The notes under the pieces: model-generated | What the model was told of the DNA's origin: nothing | Databases searched by the model: none | Seen by the model: only the letters and a program-made list of their open reading frames with translations | Shown here: piece by piece, positions 45,869-55,400 of the stretch | Position numbering within the stretch: the stretch's first letter is position 1 | How the letters are laid out: every line of letters starts with the position of its first letter | Translations under genes and position numbers: made by a program | Source: Dokdonella sp. | GTDB lineage: Bacteria > Pseudomonadota > Gammaproteobacteria > Xanthomonadales > Rhodanobacteraceae | Assembly: GCF_019634845.1 (NCBI RefSeq) | Contig: NZ_JAHCAQ010000011.1 | Coordinates: forward strand, 40,525-104,524 | DNA: 64,000 nt | Direction: 5' to 3'

Positions 45869-47482
45869 TTATTCAGCAGCTTGCAGCTTTACAATCCTTT
45901 CCATTCGCTGTCGCAGTGGCGCCAGCAGATCGCCATAGCGCGCCGCAACGGCCAGGTCGCGCCGCAACGGCTGGCGCACCTGGCTCGCGCTCGAGGTGCG
46001 CACCTCGCGCGCGGTCGCGTGGAACTGGAGACAGGCCGGGTCGAAGTCGAGGCCACACGCAGCCAGCAGCGCGCGGATCTGGCCCGGCGCATCGGCCAGC
46101 AGTGCCTCGTGCGTGAAGTCGTGGATCCATGCCGGCCAGTCCCGCTTCCATTGCCTCATGGCGCGCTCGCAGTCGTGCCAGAACGCAACCAGTTCATCGA
46201 AGTCGCAGCTGAAGAACTGCGCCGCACCGAAGTTGTGCTTGTAGCAGCTCCACAGGGTTTCCAGCGCGTCGCGCCGGCAGTGGATCACATGCGCACCCGG
46301 CAGCATGCGGCGGATCGCGCCCAGTGTCTGCCAGTTGGTGAGCGTCTTGTCGGTGAACCGTGGGCGCGCGTCGCGCCAGGCACGGCAGCGCTGCAGATAG
46401 TCCTCGCCAAGGCGCGCCCAGTCACTGGCCGTGGCCGCATCGGCCCAGGTCGGGAATGGCACGCCGCGCCGCTGCGATTCCTGCTGCAGCACCTGCACGA
46501 TGTCGTCGCGTTCGCCGCCGCCCTGCACCTGCGGATGCGAGCACAGGATCTGCTCGGCGAGAGTCGAACCCGAGCGCGGCATCCCGACGAGGAAGATCGC
46601 CTCGCTGCCGCGCACTTCGCCGACGGGTACCTCGGCGGCGCGCGCAAAGCGGGCGATGATCGCATCGACCAGACCACTCACCGCCGGCGCGTTCCAGCCC
46701 AGCGTGGCGCGCTTGCCGCGGTTGGCCTCGACGAACAGCGCGAACGCCTCGCGGTAGCGGCCGGCAGCCTCGAGGAATGTCGCCAGCGCGAACATGAAAT
46801 CGACGCGCCGCGCGGCGGCGACGCGGCCGCCTTGATGCAACGCCAGCAGTCGATCGAGGTCGTCGTCGGTGGGGCGGAAGGTCTTGAGATTGGACAGGCC
46901 GACCCAGGCCGACACGCATGCGGGATCGCGGCGCAATGCTTCGCGCAGTTCGCGCTCGGCCTCGTCCAGACGTCCGGCCACCTTGTGGGTTTCGGCGAGC
47001 ATCGCGCGTGCATCCAGATGCGCGGGCTCGAGCTGCAGCACCTGGCCGAATGCGGCAGCGGCAGCCACGGCATCGTCGCGCGCATCACAGGCATGACCAA
47101 GGTTGTACCAGGCCTCGACCAGGGTCGGATCGAGCTGCGTGGCGCGCACGAACGCCTGCTCGGCAGCGCTGGCCTCGCCGCAGCAGGCCAGCGCGACGCC
47201 AAGCTGGCATGCGATCAGCGCGTCCTCGCTCCAGGTCGTTGCCGCCAGGCGCAAGCAGTTCAACGCCGAGGTCGGGTCGCCACTCTGCAGGTGCGCCAGC
47301 CCACGCAGACGCATCAGCTCGGGTTGGGTGTGTGCATCCGCCCCGACACGCTCGAGCGCGGCAAGCGCCGCTGCGGCATCACCCCGCTGCAGCGCGCGCA
47401 GCGCCTGCGCCGCGGCGTCGATCGCGGGTGCGCCAAGCCCATCGAACCGATCGGGCCGCTGGGGACGTTGGAGCGTGGTCAT
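45869..47482 (-). CDS. TPR-repeat-containing PAPS-dependent sulfotransferase
   Basis: N-terminal TPRs (AWYNLG, A....P); 5'-PSB IFLVGMPRSGSTLAEQIL; FTDK; 3'-PB CRRD....WSCY; VRTSSASQVRQP. Confidence 0.92.
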   Translation of the reverse strand: MTTLQRPQRPDRFDGLGAPAIDAAAQALRALQRGDAAAALAALERVGADAHTQPELMRLRGLAHLQSGDPTSALNCLRLAATTWSEDALIACQLGVALACCGEASAAEQAFVRATQLDPTLVEAWYNLGHACDARDDAVAAAAAFGQVLQLEPAHLDARAMLAETHKVAGRLDEAERELREALRRDPACVSAWVGLSNLKTFRPTDDDLDRLLALHQGGRVAAARRVDFMFALATFLEAAGRYREAFALFVEANRGKRATLGWNAPAVSGLVDAIIARFARAAEVPVGEVRGSEAIFLVGMPRSGSTLAEQILCSHPQVQGGGERDDIVQVLQQESQRRGVPFPTWADAATASDWARLGEDYLQRCRAWRDARPRFTDKTLTNWQTLGAIRRMLPGAHVIHCRRDALETLWSCYKHNFGAAQFFSCDFDELVAFWHDCERAMRQWKRDWPAWIHDFTHEALLADAPGQIRALLAACGLDFDPACLQFHATAREVRTSSASQVRQPLRRDLAVAARYGDLLAPLRQRMERIVKLQAAE

Positions 47483-47555
47483 GCCGGAACCGAATCGAAA
47501 CAGGCGGTTCTTCTAGCACAGCCGCACCCGATCGACACGCTGGCCGCCGCGCGCG

Positions 47556-49490
47556 TCACTCGCCCGACGCCATCGCGCCGAGGAAGGCGGCCACCTCGGC
47601 AGCGTCGCGCGTGCGTGGCATCGGCGGCAGGCTGGCCAGGAACAGCTTGCCGTAGCCACGGCTCGACAGCCGCGGGTCGCACAGCACGAGCACGCCGCGA
47701 TCGCGGATGTCCCGGATCAGGCGGCCTGCCCCCTGGCGCAACGCGATCACGGCGTTGGGCACCTGCCAGGCGAAGAACGGATTGGCGCCGGCCTCGCGCA
47801 GCGCATCGAGTCGCGCCTCCAGCACCGGGTCGTCGGGCGCGGCGAACGGCAGCTTGTCGATCACCACCACGCTGAGCGCATCGCCGGCCACGTCGACCCC
47901 TTCCCAGAAGCTCGCCGCGCCGAGCAGCACGCCATTGCCGGAAGCACGAAAGCGTTCCAGCAACAGGCTGCGCGGCGCACTGCCCTGCACGAACAGCGGG
48001 AAGGCCAGCCGCTGCGGCAGCAGGTCGGCGGCGCGGCGCAGCGCACGATGCGAGGTGAACAACAGGAACGCACGCCCCTGCGAGGCTTGCAGCACGGGCA
48101 GCACGGCATCGAGCACGCATTCGGTGTAGTCGGCCGCGCCGGGATCGGGCAGGCCCGGCGGCAGGTAGGCCAGCGCCTGCCGCGCGTAGTCGAACGGGCT
48201 GTCCACCGCCAGCTCCACTGGCTCGGCAAGGCCCAGTTGCCGCGAGAAATGCTCGAAGCTGCCTGCCACGGTCAGCGTCGCCGACGTGAAGATCCATGCC
48301 GCCTGGCTCTGCGCACGCAGTTCGCGCAACGGTTGCGCGATGTCGAGCGGCGTGGCATGGAAGGTGAAGCCGTGGCTCGTCAGCTCGTACCAGTACACGG
48401 TGTCGTGGCTGTGGCTGGCGACGAGGTGCGCCAGCCGCGCGGCATGTTCGAGCACGCGCTCGTGCACGCTGTCCAGGCCGCGGCTGCGTCCACTTTGTGG
48501 TTCCAGCGCCGCCGCCAGCGCGTCGAGCGCGGCCGCCAGCGCCGCCAGTTCGCGCTCGACCGCCGCATCGCGCTCGATCTGCACGAAGGCGCCCTTGGCC
48601 GGAAAGCGGTCGAGCGCGAGGCGCAGACGCTTGAGCGTGTCGTCGAGGCATGCGGCCGGCTCGCGCAGCAACGCGGCCGCGCCACTCACACCCGCGCACT
48701 CGGCCAGTGCGTCGCCTGCCAGTTCGCCCAGTTGCCGCGCCGACACGCTGACCGAAAAGAACTGGCCGGCGAGGTCGGGAATCTGGTGCGCCTCGTCGAG
48801 GATGAAGGCCTGCGCCCCGGGCAGGATCTCGCCGAAGCCTTCCTGCTTGATCGCCAGATCCGCGAACAGCAGGTGATGGTTGACCACGACGAGGTCGGCC
48901 TCCTGCGCCGCGCGGCGCGCCTTGACCACGAAGCAGTCGTTGAAGAACGGGCACTCGGCGCCAAGGCAGTTCTCGGCGGTCGAGGTCACGCGCGGCCACA
49001 GCGGCGAATCCTCAGCCACGCTGTCGAGTTCGGCGCGATCGCCGCTGACGGTGCGCCTGGACCAGGCCTGGATCGATTGCAGCTGCGCGACTTGCTCGCG
49101 CGATGCGAGGCGACCTTCGCGGTGGGTCTGCTCGAGCCGATGCAGGCACAGGTAGTTGGCGCGGCCCTTGAGCAGGGCGCTCGTCATGCGCACGCCCAGC
49201 ACGCTGCGCACGCGCGGCAGGTCGCGATGGAAGAGCTGGTCCTGCAGCGTCTTGGTGCCGGTGGACACGATCACGCGCTGGCCCGCGAGCAAGGCCGGCA
49301 CGAGATAGGCGAAGGTCTTGCCGGTGCCGGTGCCGGCCTCGGCCACCAGCATCTGCCGCTCGGCGATCGCCTGCTCCACCGCAGCGGCCATCGCCTGCTG
49401 CGCCGCGCGCGGCACGAAGCCCGGGACCTCGCGCGCGAACGGGCCGTCGCCGCCAAGCAGTTCAGCGGCGTCCTGCATGCCCGCGGTCAC
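47556..49490 (-). CDS. DinG/YoaA-family ATP-dependent DNA helicase (Fe-S)
   Basis: EAGTGTGKT, KGRANYLC, Fe-S CLGAECPFFNDC, DEAH, TSAT, FWEGVD, KLPF, QGAGRLIR. Alternative ATG at 49478. Confidence 0.95.
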   Translation of the reverse strand: MTAGMQDAAELLGGDGPFAREVPGFVPRAAQQAMAAAVEQAIAERQMLVAEAGTGTGKTFAYLVPALLAGQRVIVSTGTKTLQDQLFHRDLPRVRSVLGVRMTSALLKGRANYLCLHRLEQTHREGRLASREQVAQLQSIQAWSRRTVSGDRAELDSVAEDSPLWPRVTSTAENCLGAECPFFNDCFVVKARRAAQEADLVVVNHHLLFADLAIKQEGFGEILPGAQAFILDEAHQIPDLAGQFFSVSVSARQLGELAGDALAECAGVSGAAALLREPAACLDDTLKRLRLALDRFPAKGAFVQIERDAAVERELAALAAALDALAAALEPQSGRSRGLDSVHERVLEHAARLAHLVASHSHDTVYWYELTSHGFTFHATPLDIAQPLRELRAQSQAAWIFTSATLTVAGSFEHFSRQLGLAEPVELAVDSPFDYARQALAYLPPGLPDPGAADYTECVLDAVLPVLQASQGRAFLLFTSHRALRRAADLLPQRLAFPLFVQGSAPRSLLLERFRASGNGVLLGAASFWEGVDVAGDALSVVVIDKLPFAAPDDPVLEARLDALREAGANPFFAWQVPNAVIALRQGAGRLIRDIRDRGVLVLCDPRLSSRGYGKLFLASLPPMPRTRDAAEVAAFLGAMASGE

Positions 49491-49517
49491 GTGCGCGGCA
49501 CGGCGCGCATGCCCGCC

Positions 49518-50033
49518 TCACATCCGCACCGGCGGCGCAATGCGGCATTCCTTGATGCGCTGCGCCGACTGCTGCGCGGTGGCGGCATCGCCCATGCCGG
49601 TGCGCGCCTCGACCACGGTCTGCCAGTTGCGTGCACACAGGCTGCCCGAGCGTGGCCCGAGCGTGAAGCTGCGGATCGCGTTCTTCTCGGCGGCAAGATA
49701 GTCGCCCTGCGCGATGTCGACCTCGGCGCGCGCCTGCAGCAGGTCGGGCGCGTCGGGCGCCAGTCGCAGCGCCTTGTCGAGCGCACTGGCCGACGCCGCG
49801 TAGTCGTTGCGCGCCTCGGCCGCGCGCGATTGCGCCACGTAGCCATCGATCGCCGCGTCACGCAGCGGTTGCACCTGCACCGCCGAATCCATGCCGTGCC
49901 CGGCATCGCGGATCGCACGCAGCGCCGCGCCGCGATCCAACACCGGCGCCTGCGCCGCCGCCGGCGTGCGCGTCTGCGCACACGCTGCAAGAATCGATAC
50001 GCCTGCCAGCAGCGCCATGCCACGCCAGATCAT
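49518..50033 (-). CDS. TPR lipoprotein, LpoP-like
   Basis: GAGGAG RBS; lipobox ILAAC; TPR helices ASALDKALRLAP.P; directly downstream of mrcB. Confidence 0.8.
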   Translation of the reverse strand: MIWRGMALLAGVSILAACAQTRTPAAAQAPVLDRGAALRAIRDAGHGMDSAVQVQPLRDAAIDGYVAQSRAAEARNDYAASASALDKALRLAPDAPDLLQARAEVDIAQGDYLAAEKNAIRSFTLGPRSGSLCARNWQTVVEARTGMGDAATAQQSAQRIKECRIAPPVRM

Positions 50034-50087
50034 CGCCCGCACTCCTCGACCGCCCTGGACACCAGCGCGCATTGTCGCATGCACGGC

Positions 50088-52379
50088 TCAACGCTCTCCA
50101 ACGCCGAGCCACGCCTTGACGCGATCGAGCGGACACGACTCTTCCTCGAGCGGGCCGTAGCCGGTCGCGAACGGCAGCACGCGCGTGCCGCTGCAAGCCG
50201 CGCTGCTGCGCTGGCCGGTCGCGGCATTGACCACCACCTCCTCGATGCCGTCGGTCGGCACCGTCAGCGGCTCCGTCGGCAACCGCCGCATGAGCTCGAT
50301 CCACACGCGCAGGCCTCCGGTGGCACCGAACAGCGTGGTCGGGCGGTTGTCGTCACGCCCGAGCCAAGCCACCGCGAGCGTGTCGCCGCTGAAGCCGGCG
50401 AACCACGCATCGCGCTGACTGTCACTGGTGCCGGTCTTGCCGGCCGCATGCAACCAGCCCAGGCCGGCGTCGTTGATCGCATGCGCGGTACCGACCACGG
50501 CCACCTGCTGCATCGCCCAGGTCACCAGGCGCGCGGCGGTGGTGTAGTCGCCGGCACCGCTGCGCAGCGTGTAGCGCGTGAGCGGCCGCCCCTGCGCATC
50601 GAGCACCCCGCGCACCGCGCGCAGCGGCAGGGCGTGACCGTCGGCGGCCAGGTACTGGTACAGCCGCGCCACGTCGAACGGGCTCAACTCGGTGGCGCCG
50701 AGCAGCAGCGACGGATTGGGATTGATGTTGCGCTCGAGCCCGAACGACTCGAGGAAGCCGCGCACGCGCTCGACGCCAATGCGCTGGCCGAGGTTGATCG
50801 TGGCGAGATTCCAGCTGTGCACGAGTGCATCCACGGCCAGCACCTGGCCATGCACCTGGCCATCGTCGTTGCGTGGCTGCCAGCGCCCGCCGCCACGCTG
50901 CGGCAGGTCGATCGGGCTGTCGTCGAGCAGCGTGGCCAGCGAATAGCGCTGCGGCTGCGCCAACGCCACCAGGTTGACGAACGGCTTGACCAGCGAACCG
51001 ATCGGGCGCAACGCATCGAGCGCGCGATTGAACCCCGGCGCGTCGACGTCGCGGCTGCCGATCAGGGCGCGCACCTCGCCATCGCGGGCGCCGGTCACGA
51101 CCAGCGCCGCCTCGATGTCGTCGCCGCGCCGACCCAGTCCGGCGAGCGTCTGCGTGATGGCCGCCTCGCCCAGCGCCTGCGCCGCCGGCGCGAGCGTGGT
51201 GTGGATCGCGAGTCCCGCGTCACTGAGCGCGGCGCCGGCATAGTCCTGGGTGAGCTGGCGCCGCACGAGGTCGAGGAAGGCCGGATAGCGATCACGCGGC
51301 AGCACCGCGCGCGCGGCGATGCCGATCGGCTGGGCCTGCGCCGCACTGCAGGTCGCCGCGTCGATGAGACCGGTGTCGCGCAGCACGCCCAGCACGACGT
51401 TGCGCCGCGCCAGCGCACCGCTCGGATTGCGTCGCGGGTCGTACAGGCTCGGCCCCTGCACCAGGCCGATCAACAGCGCGATCTCGCTGGTGCCGAGCGT
51501 GCGCAGCTCGCGTCCGAAATAGAACTCGCTGGCGGCGGCGAAGCCATGCACGGCCTGGGCGCCCTGCTGCCCGAGGAACACCTCGTTGGTGTATGCGTCG
51601 AGAATGCGCCGCTTGTCATAGCGCGCCTCGATGATGAGGGCGATGAGCGCCTCGTTGAGCTTGCGCGCGAGCGTCTGGCTGCGGTCGAGGAACAGGTTCT
51701 TGACCAGCTGCTGGGTCAGTGTCGAGCCGCCCTGCACGAGCCGCCCAGCCGCGAGGTTGGCCCACGCCGCGCGCGCGATCGCGGCGAGATTGACGCCGTG
51801 ATGGTGCTTGAAATCGCGGTCCTCCACCGCCTGCAGGCCGGCGACGAGAAGCGGCGGCACTTCGCCCAGCGCGACCACGCGACGATCCTGCTGCGACTGG
51901 CCGTACAGGGTGGCGATGCGCGCCGGATCGAGCCGAACGCGCTCGAGCGCGGCGCCGCTGTCGGCATCGGCGAGTGCTGCGACACGCCCCTGCGCCAGCG
52001 TCAGCGCGATGCGGCGCGCCCGCTCGCGCCCGTCGAGGTAGATGAACTCGCGCCGCGACACCGTGTAGCGCTCACCGTCGCGGTGGAACGTGCCGGGCGT
52101 GCTGGCCGCCGCCTCGTCGACATAGCGCGCGGCGTCGAGTTCGGCCGCCAGCGCCGCCGCGTTCATCGGCATGCCGCGCACAAGTTCGAGTGGGCGCGCG
52201 TACACGCGGCTGGGGAACTGCCAGGACAGGTCGTCGAACCGGCTGCGCACCTCGCGGTCGAGGTAGAGCAAGTAGGGTACGAGAAAGCCGATGGCGAGGC
52301 CCAGGCCGAGCAGGAACGGAATCCGCAGCCAGCGCCACAGCACGCGCAGCGCGGCCCCGGTGCGGGAAAGTACTGTCAA
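50088..52379 (-). CDS. mrcB: Penicillin-binding protein 1B (bifunctional transglycosylase/transpeptidase)
   Basis: TM, PSRVYARPL, UB2H-like region, EDRDF..H.G, GGSTLTQQLVKN, RKLNE; transpeptidase motifs SLVK, SWN, KTG. Start uncertain. Confidence 0.95.
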   Translation of the reverse strand: MTVLSRTGAALRVLWRWLRIPFLLGLGLAIGFLVPYLLYLDREVRSRFDDLSWQFPSRVYARPLELVRGMPMNAAALAAELDAARYVDEAAASTPGTFHRDGERYTVSRREFIYLDGRERARRIALTLAQGRVAALADADSGAALERVRLDPARIATLYGQSQQDRRVVALGEVPPLLVAGLQAVEDRDFKHHHGVNLAAIARAAWANLAAGRLVQGGSTLTQQLVKNLFLDRSQTLARKLNEALIALIIEARYDKRRILDAYTNEVFLGQQGAQAVHGFAAASEFYFGRELRTLGTSEIALLIGLVQGPSLYDPRRNPSGALARRNVVLGVLRDTGLIDAATCSAAQAQPIGIAARAVLPRDRYPAFLDLVRRQLTQDYAGAALSDAGLAIHTTLAPAAQALGEAAITQTLAGLGRRGDDIEAALVVTGARDGEVRALIGSRDVDAPGFNRALDALRPIGSLVKPFVNLVALAQPQRYSLATLLDDSPIDLPQRGGGRWQPRNDDGQVHGQVLAVDALVHSWNLATINLGQRIGVERVRGFLESFGLERNINPNPSLLLGATELSPFDVARLYQYLAADGHALPLRAVRGVLDAQGRPLTRYTLRSGAGDYTTAARLVTWAMQQVAVVGTAHAINDAGLGWLHAAGKTGTSDSQRDAWFAGFSGDTLAVAWLGRDDNRPTTLFGATGGLRVWIELMRRLPTEPLTVPTDGIEEVVVNAATGQRSSAACSGTRVLPFATGYGPLEEESCPLDRVKAWLGVGER

Positions 52380-52483
52380 ACCGGTATCCAGCAGGCGGGC
52401 ATCGCGCACAGTGTAGCGCGCCGCAGCGCCATGACGATCGGTGATAATCGGCAATCCCTTGCCGTCGTCCATCCCTGCCGCGC

Positions 52484-55400
52484 ATGTCCGCACCCGCACC
52501 GACCAGCGACGCCGCCACGCCGCCCGCCCTGCATCCCCTGCGCGTGGCCGTGTACGGTGCCGGCGCCGATCCGGCGCGGCTCGATCACCTGCGCGAGCGG
52601 TTGCCGGTCGGCGTCCGCGTCAGCCTGCTCGGGGCCAGTGCCGATCTGCCGTGGCCCGCGGCCGAGCGCGTGCCCGAGCTCGGCGGCGACGTTCCGTTGC
52701 CGCTCGTCGCAGCCTGTGCGCAGCGCTGGCCGGGCGAGGATTTCGTGTTACTGCGCGCCGACCTCGAGCTGCCACCGTGGGCGCTCGAACGGTTGTGGCG
52801 CGCGCTGCAGGAACCGGCCGTGGTGGCCGCGCTGCCGCTGGACGAAGCCGCTGCGCGCACGCCGCTGACAGACGCGGCCGGCACGATCGACGCTGCACGG
52901 CTCGACGCGCTGTGCTTTGCCTGCGCCGCCCGCAGCCTCGTCGATGACGCGCTGTTCCCGGCGCAGCTGCCGGCGCTGTCGGCCTGGCACGGCGCGCGCC
53001 TCGCACAGCTCGGTGCCACCCGCGTGCGCGAACGCGACGCGCTCGATGCCAACGGGCTGCGCGTGGTGCGACTCGACCACCTGTACGTGGCGAGCCATGC
53101 GCGGATGGCGCCAGCGCCCGATGACCCACGTGATCCAGCGCCGCCCTCGCCGCTGGCGGCGCTGCTCGAACAGGTCGTGGCGCTGCACCGCGCCGGCGCG
53201 GCGGCGCCGGCAGCGGGCCTGGACGCACGACCGGTGATCCTGCACGTCCTGCACGGCTGGGGCGGCGGTACCGAGCGCTGGCTGCGCGACTGCGCCAGCG
53301 CCGACAGCAGCGCCCACCATCTCGTGCTCATCGCGCGTGGCAGCCATCGTCGCCAACGCCATGGCGAGTGGCTGGAACTGGCCGTTGCGCGCGAGCCCGG
53401 CATGGTGCTGCGGCGCTGGCCGCTGCCACGGCCAATCATCGACACCGCGCTCGGCGACGAGACCTATCGCAGCCTGTTGCGCGCGATCGTGCACGAACAG
53501 TGCGTCGACGCGATCGTGGTGTCGTCCCTGATCGGCCACAGTCTCGATGTGCTGCGCACGGGACTGCCGACGGTCTGCGTCGTGCACGACCACTATCCGT
53601 TGTGGCCGCTGCTGCATCACGATTTCGGCGATGCGAACCTGCGCTTCGACGCGGCGCAGCGCGAGCGCGACCTCGCCGGCCTGGCCGCCGAAGGTATGTT
53701 CGCCAACCGCGACCCCGCGCACTGGCAGGCGCTGCGCGACGGCTTCGTGCAGGCCGCGCTGGCCGCGCAGGCACGCCTGGTCGCGCCCAGCCGCAGCGCA
53801 ATGGCCAACCAGCTGCGGCTCGCGCCGGCGCTCGCGGCGCTGCACGGCACGGTGATTGCGCATGGCTTGGCCGCGTGGCCGCAACCGCCACCGCGGTGGC
53901 AACCGCCGGCGGCGCGCACGCGACTGCGCCTGGTGACGGTCGGCCGTGTGCGCGCGGGCAAGGGTGCGCGCCTGCTGCAGGCCGCGCTGCCGCGCCTGCG
54001 CGCGCATGCCGAGCTGTTCCTGCTCGGCGCCGGCGCCGACGCCCACGACCTGTTCGGCGAGCCCGACGTGCATGTGCTGCTCGACTACCGCCGCGACGAG
54101 CTGCCCGCGCTGCTGGCTCGACTGCAACCCGATGCCGCGCTGCTGCTGTCGACGGTGGCCGAAACCTTCAGCTACACGCTGTCGGAATTGCGCAGCCTCG
54201 GCGTGCCCGTGATCGCGACCCGCGTCGGGGCACTCGCCGAGCGCATCGACGACGGCGTCGACGGTCTGCTCGTCGCACCCGACCCGGACGCGCTGGTGGC
54301 GTGCGTGGCCGCGCTTGCGGCCGAGCGCGCACCGCTGGCACGGATTCGTGCGCAACTGGCCACGCACACGCCGATCGACACCGCCGCGATGGCGCAGGCC
54401 CACCGCGCACTGCTTGCGCTGGCGGCCCGCCCGGCACTGCGCTACCCGCTGCTGCCGCCGGACGGCCACGCGCTGCAGCTGGCGGCGGCGAGTGCCACTG
54501 GGCTACGGCTGCAGGCGCAACTGGCGCAACTGCGCGATGCACATGCGCAATTGCAGGCCGAGAGCACGCGGCGCGGCGACTGGGGCCATGACCTGACGCG
54601 CTCGCTGCGCGAGCTGCGCGGCGACTTCGAGGAGCGCACGCGCTGGGCACTCGCCCTCGATCGCGAACTGCAGGACGTCAAACCGCGCTACGAACAGATG
54701 CTGGCCAGTGCATCCTGGCGCATCACCGCGCCGCTGCGCAGCACCAAGGCGCGGCTGGTGGGGCTGCGCGCCGCGCTGGCGTTCCGCAGCGAGCGCGCAC
54801 GCGCGCTGCTCGCACGCGCCCGCGGCAGTCTCGCCCAACGTGGCCTGCGCGGCACGCTCGCGCGCATCGCCCAGGAGTGGCGTGGCGGCGAACGGCGCGC
54901 GGGACTCGGCACCTTCGCGGCGCCGGTCGACGATCCCGTGCCGTTCACGGTGCCGACCAGCGCCACGCCGCGCGTGTCGATCGTGATTCCGGTCTACAAC
55001 AAGGTCGAATATACGTTGGCCTGCCTGCGCTCCGTGGCCGCGCATGCCGGCAGCGTGCCGTTCGAGGTCATCGTGGTCGACGACGCCTCCAGCGACGCGA
55101 CTCCGCAGCGCCTGGCCGCGCTCGGCGGCATCCGCGTCGAGCGCAACGCGGCCAACCTCGGCTTCATCGGATCGTGCAATGCCGGCGCCGCACTCGCGCG
55201 CGGCGACTGCCTGCTGTTCCTCAACAACGACACCGTGGTCACCGCCGGCTGGCTCGAGGCGCTCGTGCACTGCCTCGACACGGCGCCGCAGGCCGGCCTC
55301 GTCGGCGCGCGGCTGGTCTATCCCGATGGCCGCCTGCAGGAAGCCGGCGGCATCGTGTTCAACGATGGCTCGGGCTGGAACTACGGCCGCTTCGACGATC

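Noticed and set aside
52374..52379. Perfect TTGACA on the minus strand near the mrcB start
   Set aside because: There is no -10 hexamer at 16-18 nt spacing, and it coincides with the probable start codon region.
48048..52868. 1606-aa plus-strand ORF, and similar long ORFs at 42360-45938, 36986-39994, 16382-19369 and 61616-63967
   Set aside because: These are antisense shadows of well-supported genes. Stop codons are rare in high-GC DNA, and the translations contain no recognisable motifs.
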